DNA from: Pseudomonadota bacterium
Lineage (GTDB): Bacteria; Bdellovibrionota_B; Oligoflexia; Oligoflexales; CAIYRB01
Assembly (NCBI GenBank): GCA_031416315.1
Contig: JANOTL010000097.1
Coordinates: 1 to 19,706 of the forward strand
Direction of reading: 5' to 3'
DNA: 19,706 nt
The notes under the pieces are model-generated. The model saw nothing but the letters and a program-made list of their open reading frames with translations. It searched no databases and was not told where the DNA came from. Below are positions 14,569 through 19,706 of this stretch, one piece after another. How positions within the stretch are numbered: the stretch's first letter is position 1; the number at the start of each line of letters is the position of its first letter. The translations under genes were made by a program, and so were the position numbers.

Positions 14569-16835
14569 TTTGCCAGGACCTTCGCTTGGGTGCCTTTTTT
14601 CGGTTTTGCCGCGCCGAGTCCGAGCACGTCGAGAGCCGCCGCGAGGATCGACTCCTTGCTCGGGAGCAGCACGGTGGCGGCGCGTCCAAGAGGGATGAAG
14701 CAGTCTTCGGCGGTGATGCGCTTCAGGCGCGGGAGCGGATCGAGGCGCTCGACGAGAGCCGTCATGATCGCCTCGCTCTGCGAGCCCGTGCGGCGGCACT
14801 CGTCGACGACGAGGATCGCCTCGGAGCCTTCGCACTCGCGGGCGAGCGCCGCTTCGTCGAGCGGCGCGAGCCAGCGCAGGTCGATGATTTTCGGCGCGAT
14901 GCCGTGCTTTTCCTCGAGCTCGCGCGCGGCTTGCCGCGACAGGTAGAAGCCGTTGCCGTAGGAAACGATGGTGAGGCGTTCTTTTTTCCCCTTGCTAGAG
15001 CTGCCGCCGTAGACCGCGATCTTGCCGATCGGGATCTCTTCGTGCGCCGCGGGGTACATGAAGGACCAGCCGCCGTCGCCGGGCTCGTGCAGATCTTTCG
15101 CCATGTAGAGCGCGATCGGCTCGATGAAGACGACGACGCGGCCCGATTCGTGCGCGGCGCGCACGCAGCTGCGGAGCATGGCGACGGCGTCCGCGCCGTT
15201 GGACGGGCAGGCGATGACGATGCCGGGGATGTCGCGGAAGACCGCGAGCGAGTTGTCGTTGTGAAAGTGGCCGCCGAAGCCCTTCTGATAGGCGAGGCCG
15301 GCGACGCGCACGACCATGCCGTTGGTGTAGCGGCCCTCGCTGAAGAAAGAGAGGGTCGAAGCCTCGCCGCGCAGCTGATCCTCGGCGTTGTGCACATACG
15401 CCAGGAACTGGATCTCTGGGATCGGCACGAAGCCGTTGTGCGCGAAGCCGATGGCGTTGCCCAAGATGGAGGTCTCGTCGAGCGGCGAGTTGAAGACGCG
15501 GCGTAGGCCGAACTTCTGCCAAAGACCGGCGGTGACGTGGTAGACGCCGCCCTTTTGCGCCACGTCCTCGCCGAAGACGACGGCGTTCTGATAGCGCAGG
15601 AGCACGTCGGCTAGGCCCCAGTTCAGGAGCTTGGCCAGATGCTGGGGCTTGTCCATGTATTTGGCGTCGGAGCCGAAGGTCTTTTGCCTCTTCTCTTCGG
15701 AGGGTATCGGCGGCGCACCGCGGGTCTTCGTCGGCACGAGGGAGGCCATGACCTCATGCGGCAGGAGGAGCTTCGGCCGCGGGATCGTCTCCTCGCCGAT
15801 GCGCGCGACGCGGCGGCGCATGGTCTCGTAGAGGTTCTTGATCGCCTCGGCCGAGAGGATGCCGTTCTCGAGCAGGATGCGCGCGGAATGGAGGAGCGGG
15901 TCGTCGCGCTCGGCGCGCTCGATCTGCGGCACGGGATTGTAGAGCGACTCGACGTCGGAGCCGGCATGACCAAAGAGACGGACCGTCTTCATGTGGAGGA
16001 ATGCGGGCTTGCGCGTGCGGCGCGTGTACTCGACCGCGGCCTCGGCGATGCGCCAGGTGTCGAGGAGATGGCGGCCGTCGCAGCTGAAGTAGCGGATGAC
16101 CGGGTCGTGCCCTTTGGCCGTGCGGATCCAGTCGGGCGGCGTCGGCACGGAGATGCCGATGCCGTTATCCTCGCAGATGAAGACAATCGGTACGGGGACG
16201 TTCTGAAAGGCCGCGACGCTGGCGGTATTGAACGCGGCGAGCGAGCTCGCGTGGTTGTGCGAGGCGTCGCCGAAGTTGCAGAGGATGATGGCGTCGCGCG
16301 GCATCTCGGAGTCTATGCCCAAGTCCTGCGAGCGGCGGATCGAGATCGCGGCGCCGACGGCTTTCGGCAGGTGGGAGGCGATGGTCGAGGTTTGCGGCGG
16401 GACGAAGAGGGGCTTCGAGCCGAAGACTTTGTGGCGCCCGCCGGAGATCGGATCGTCGGCCGAGGCGACGAGCGAGAGCAGCATGTCGTAGAGGGGCGTC
16501 GAACCGGGCAGCTGCTTCGAGCGTTGGATGAAGAGCGCGCCGCTCCGGTAGTGCAGGAAGGCCATGTCGGTGTAGCGGAAGGCCTTGCCGAAGACGGCGT
16601 TGCCTTCGTGGCCGGCGCTGCCGATCGTGTAGAAGCTCTCGTTGCGGGTCTTCAGGGCGCGGGCGGCGTAGTCCAGGTGGCGGCTCATCACCTGGGTCTC
16701 GAAGAGGTCGACGATCTCGGCCGGGGAGAGCGTGACGGCTTCGGCGCTCACGTGCGTCTTGGCTTCGGGGAGTTGGCCGCTGGAGACGAGCTTGGTGAAG
16801 TTCTGATCGACGGCTTCGGCGCGGCTGAGGCTCAT
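14565..16835 (-). CDS. Fused ThDP-dependent 2-oxoacid dehydrogenase E1 alpha/beta (branched-chain type), 756 aa
   Basis: Alpha part: GSAGHEG, LHYR, ThDP motif GDA...ICEDN, RLFGHAGSD. Beta part: FGEDVAQKGGVY, RVFNSPLDE, PEIQFLAY, GGHFH, IDLRWLAPLD. ATG at 16835 with a GGGAG RBS. Confidence 0.93.
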   Translation of the reverse strand: MSLSRAEAVDQNFTKLVSSGQLPEAKTHVSAEAVTLSPAEIVDLFETQVMSRHLDYAARALKTRNESFYTIGSAGHEGNAVFGKAFRYTDMAFLHYRSGALFIQRSKQLPGSTPLYDMLLSLVASADDPISGGRHKVFGSKPLFVPPQTSTIASHLPKAVGAAISIRRSQDLGIDSEMPRDAIILCNFGDASHNHASSLAAFNTASVAAFQNVPVPIVFICEDNGIGISVPTPPDWIRTAKGHDPVIRYFSCDGRHLLDTWRIAEAAVEYTRRTRKPAFLHMKTVRLFGHAGSDVESLYNPVPQIERAERDDPLLHSARILLENGILSAEAIKNLYETMRRRVARIGEETIPRPKLLLPHEVMASLVPTKTRGAPPIPSEEKRQKTFGSDAKYMDKPQHLAKLLNWGLADVLLRYQNAVVFGEDVAQKGGVYHVTAGLWQKFGLRRVFNSPLDETSILGNAIGFAHNGFVPIPEIQFLAYVHNAEDQLRGEASTLSFFSEGRYTNGMVVRVAGLAYQKGFGGHFHNDNSLAVFRDIPGIVIACPSNGADAVAMLRSCVRAAHESGRVVVFIEPIALYMAKDLHEPGDGGWSFMYPAAHEEIPIGKIAVYGGSSSKGKKERLTIVSYGNGFYLSRQAARELEEKHGIAPKIIDLRWLAPLDEAALARECEGSEAILVVDECRRTGSQSEAIMTALVERLDPLPRLKRITAEDCFIPLGRAATVLLPSKESILAAALDVLGLGAAKPKKGTQAKVLAK

Positions 16836-16873
16836 TCGGAGCTCCCGGTGTGCTGGGGGCTCCATCTTAGCCG

Positions 16874-16908
16874 AAGAAAAGGGGCGGGGACAGCATGTCC
16901 CTCGCCCC
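16874..16908 (-). terminator. Intrinsic terminator downstream of the M28 peptidase gene
   Basis: The minus strand reads GGGGCG-A-GGGACA-TGC-TGTCCC-CGCCCC followed by TTTTCTT, 32 nt after the stop codon. Confidence 0.75.
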
Positions 16909-16940
16909 AATTCGGCAAAGATCTCTTGCGTTTCAGAAGC

Positions 16941-18233
16941 TCAGGGCTCGATCAGCCATTCGCCGACGCCGCGGGCGACGGCCGTGGTCAGGCGCGTCAT
17001 GTAGTCGAAGTTGATGCGATCGACTTTGTCGCAGCTGCGGTGGTAGCAGGGGTTCGAGTCGCCGCCGAAGAAGTTCTGCGAGATGACGATGGCCGGGCGG
17101 TCGACGCGCCAGAAGGCGGCGTGGTCGCTGCGGTTGGTGCAGGCGTCGGTCTTGTGGAGACGGAGCGGGTCGCGCGCGACGACACGGGTGAAGAGGGCCG
17201 TGAGCTCGGCGGAGGTGTTCTCGTTGCAGTCGATGGCGTGGAAGGCGCCGTCGTTGTCGGCGTCGTAGCCGAGCATCTCGAGGTTGATGACGCCGACGAG
17301 GCCGTCGAGGTCGCCGTTGTCGTCGTGCGCGGCGACGTATGCCTCGGAGCCGAGGAGGCCGAGCTCTTCTTGGTCGAAAGCCAGGACCCTGAGGTTGATC
17401 TTCAAATTGTAGGACTCGAGCGCCTTGGCGACCGCGAGCGCCGCGATTGTGCCCGCGCCGTCGTCGTCGGCGCCGGCAGTGGCGACCGTGTCCAGGTGCG
17501 CTGAAAGGATCACGACCTGGGTGGGGTCGGTGCCCGCGCGGTCGGCGACGAGGTTGACGCCGCCGCTTCTTCCGTAGGGTTCTTCGTGGACCGTGTAGCC
17601 GAGCGCTTCGTACTGCGCACGGAGGTACGCACGGGCGTTTTGACGGTTGACGGCCGACTGGCGGTTGGTGATGGTAAACGTGCGACCGTTTACCGTGACG
17701 GGGACGGCCCCCGTGAGCTCGCCGAGGCGGGCCTCGATCCATTCGCGGTCGACGTCGAGCGCCGTGACCTGCTTCGCGGCGTTCGCGCCGAGGCGCGCGG
17801 CGAGGCTCGGGGCTTTCAGGTCGCGGCGGACGGCTTGGCGCTCGCTTTTCGCGTCGGTGTCGACTTTCTGCGCGTAGGCCATGTGCGTGCCGAGGAACTT
17901 GTGCGCGTCGGCGCCCACGGGCATCGCGACGACGACGACGCCGCCGATGCGGCCTCGCTCGCCCGGATAGGCCTTCGTCTCGCCCGGACCCGGCTCGACG
18001 AGGTAGAGGTCTTCGTTCGCTTCCACGGTGACCGGCAGCGCGACGTGATTCGCGGCAGCGAGCGGCGCCGTGGTGACGACGACTTGGCCGCTCGGCGTGG
18101 CGAGGCGCGCGAGGAAGCTCGGGGCGGCGCCCTTCGCGGTGACGGAGACGAAGACTTTCGCCGCAGGCTGGGCAAAAGCAGGGCCCCCGAGGGCGAGAGC
18201 TAAGATCGTGGACGTGGCGAGACGCAGTGCCAT
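16941..18233 (-). CDS. Secreted M28-family metallo-aminopeptidase, 430 aa
   Basis: ATG at 18233 with an AAGGAG RBS and a signal peptide ending PAFA|Q. Motifs SAHLDT, GADDDGAG, FDQEELGLLGS, NLEM, RSDH and YH. Confidence 0.93.
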   Translation of the reverse strand: MALRLATSTILALALGGPAFAQPAAKVFVSVTAKGAAPSFLARLATPSGQVVVTTAPLAAANHVALPVTVEANEDLYLVEPGPGETKAYPGERGRIGGVVVVAMPVGADAHKFLGTHMAYAQKVDTDAKSERQAVRRDLKAPSLAARLGANAAKQVTALDVDREWIEARLGELTGAVPVTVNGRTFTITNRQSAVNRQNARAYLRAQYEALGYTVHEEPYGRSGGVNLVADRAGTDPTQVVILSAHLDTVATAGADDDGAGTIAALAVAKALESYNLKINLRVLAFDQEELGLLGSEAYVAAHDDNGDLDGLVGVINLEMLGYDADNDGAFHAIDCNENTSAELTALFTRVVARDPLRLHKTDACTNRSDHAAFWRVDRPAIVISQNFFGGDSNPCYHRSCDKVDRINFDYMTRLTTAVARGVGEWLIEP

Positions 18234-18494
18234 GCGCGGGCTCCTTCGCGGTGCGAAGCATTTCGTGATTGCTGTCGAAAGGATTCTTGCCGCGAGCCTA
18301 ACACGGAACGGCGGGAGTTCCTTGTGCGGACGGCAAATCTCCGCCATTTGGCCGGCGTGATCGGTGAGTTCCGCGAAGGGGCATTCGGCCTGGTTTTCTG
18401 GGGCGAGGCGGTCCGTTTTGTTAACCGCGCGCCGCAGCGCCGGAAACACGCGGCCGGCTGCAGGAGACCGGTGCAAGCAGGGATGAAAATGCAC

Positions 18495-18523
18495 TTGCCT
18501 AGCTCGCCAAACGCATGCATTCT
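18495..18523 (+). promoter_or_regulatory. Putative sigma70 promoter of tRNA-Cys
   Basis: TTGCCT-N17-CATTCT, 39 nt upstream of the tRNA 5' end. Confidence 0.55.
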
Positions 18524-18562
18524 GGCAGTCTCTTCGGGTGTTTCCACGCGTCCATCGCGTTC

Positions 18563-18638
18563 GGCGCCGTACCCAAGTGGCTAAGGGAGCGGATTGCAAA
18601 TCCGCGATTCATCGGTTCGACTCCGATCGGCGCCTCCA
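18563..18638 (+). tRNA. tRNA-Cys (GCA)
   Basis: Acceptor stem GGCGCCG/CGGCGCC, anticodon arm GCGGA-TTGCAAA-TCCGC (GCA at 18596-18598), T arm ATCGG-TTCGACT-CCGAT, U discriminator and encoded CCA. Confidence 0.98.
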
Positions 18639-18839
18639 TTCGACTTCCTGCCTGCCCAGTTTTAGCATTGCGACCATGCGCAGGCGTATCGAACGTCTTT
18701 TCCCGAACCTCGTTGCCTTGGACCAAGCCAGTACTCGACGGTATCGCCGTGCGCCACCGTTGGGACAAGAGCGGCTTATAGCCTCGGTGCTTTTCAACCG
18801 GCGCGCAGGATACTTCGACATACAGTTCGACCTTAATTC

Positions 18840-19403
18840 ATGACGCAGGCCAAGGGCGGTGTCGACGTCGAGCTCCTTGCGGGGTTCTTGCGCCCCTTTG
18901 CTCCTGCCGCAGCGCCCGTGGGCGACGCGAAAGCAGCGGCGGCCTGGCTTGAAGCCAATGCCGCCGCGGTCGCAACGCGGATGGACGAGGTCTTCGCGCC
19001 TTTCGACGCGGCCTATCTGCAGTTCGAAGCGCTGCTTGCGCGTCTGGTCGAACACTATAAAACATGGCTCGCCGCTGAAGGATGTGCGTTGCCAGTCGCT
19101 TCTTTCCTGCTGACGCCGCCTGAGGCTGCCGAACCGAAAGAGACGCGCCTCCCGTTCGCGCCACAGGAGTTTGCTGCGTACCTAGGCAGGAGAGGGCTCG
19201 TGCCGAGCCTGCTGCATCCGCTTTCCCTGCAACATTTTTGGACCTTCCATCGGCCGATTCGCGCCGTCGAGATCCGCAAAGACCAGCTGCTCGACTGCGC
19301 TTGCGGTCGCCAGCTTAGCTCGAAGCCGTTCCTTGCGATGCGGTCAGACCCGGTGTTCGGCGACTACGTCGAGCCGCAGTGCAAACGATGTGCGACATCT
19401 TGA
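18840..19403 (+). CDS. Hypothetical protein with a C-terminal CxC...CxxC (possible Zn-binding) motif, 187 aa
   Basis: Longest ORF between the tRNA and the terminator, ending LDCACGRQ...EPQCKRC. No clear RBS. Confidence 0.65.
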   Translation: MTQAKGGVDVELLAGFLRPFAPAAAPVGDAKAAAAWLEANAAAVATRMDEVFAPFDAAYLQFEALLARLVEHYKTWLAAEGCALPVASFLLTPPEAAEPKETRLPFAPQEFAAYLGRRGLVPSLLHPLSLQHFWTFHRPIRAVEIRKDQLLDCACGRQLSSKPFLAMRSDPVFGDYVEPQCKRCATS

Positions 19404-19454
19404 GTACGCGGGATGCGTCCCATCGTTAGTCGCGACGAGCCCTAAGAGGTTGTT

Positions 19455-19497
19455 TAAAAAGGCGCGGGACGTAGGTTTACGGTCCCGCGCCTTTTTA
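19455..19497. terminator. Bidirectional intrinsic terminator
   Basis: Perfect 16-bp inverted repeat TAAAAAGGCGCGGGAC / GTCCCGCGCCTTTTTA with an 11-nt loop and a T5 tract on each strand, located between two convergent ORFs. Confidence 0.88.
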
Positions 19498-19611
19498 GAC
19501 TCCCTCAAAGCTCACGCTTGAAGGCAGCGCATCGCCGCACGACTTTTCGATCTCGGCTTCGAGCGCGTGCTGCTGCCGGCGATTCCAAGCCTGCCGCCTC
19601 AGCTCGGCGCG
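19495..19611 (-). CDS. 3' end of a truncated hypothetical gene
   Basis: Frame RAELRRQAWNRRQQHALEAEIEKSCGDALPSSVSFEGV* ends with TAA at the edge of the terminator arm. The 5' part is lost in the poly-G run. Confidence 0.55.
   Translation of the reverse strand, partial: RAELRRQAWNRRQQHALEAEIEKSCGDALPSSVSFEGV

Positions 19612-19706
<95 letters not shown>

Noticed and set aside
15639..18261. 621-aa (+) and 442-aa (-) ORFs over the E1 and M28 genes
   Set aside because: Shadow frames of well-supported genes; the 621-aa ORF also runs through a terminator.
18234..18494. Riboswitch/ncRNA or sigma54 site in the long M28-tRNA intergenic region
   Set aside because: No recognisable riboswitch consensus. 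The minus-strand TGGCGGAGATTTGC has GG-N9-GC, the wrong spacing for sigma54. An Rfam scan would be needed.

Overview
GC-rich bacterial chromosomal segment with no mobile element or CRISPR array. The gene content (REC-TPR protein, pentapeptide-repeat protein, secreted peptidases and lipoproteins, sigma28/sigma54-like promoters) suggests a Bdellovibrionota/Oligoflexia- or Myxococcota-like organism; this is inference only. From left to right it holds: the tail of an Ala-rich gene; a minus-strand gap - pentapeptide-repeat - pseudo-receiver/TPR unit; a divergent exported hypothetical protein with a sigma28-like promoter; an ECF sigma factor coupled to an anti-sigma/YfbK-type vWA fusion; a miniaturised kinase-like ORF coupled to a PP2C phosphatase; a lipoprotein; a 60-aa membrane protein; threonine aldolase plus a membrane/TPR-like gene; a secreted M64 peptidase; a fused 2-oxoacid dehydrogenase E1 alpha/beta coupled to an atypical FabD-like acyltransferase with no E2/E3 in the window; a secreted M28 peptidase; tRNA-Cys(GCA); a Cys-motif hypothetical protein; a bidirectional terminator; a truncated gene; and a terminal poly-G run that is most likely a sequencing artefact. 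The best candidates for under-described systems are the E1/FabD-like pair, the mini-pseudokinase/PP2C pair and the ECF/vWA anti-sigma module. All family assignments come from motif recognition by eye; no searches were run.
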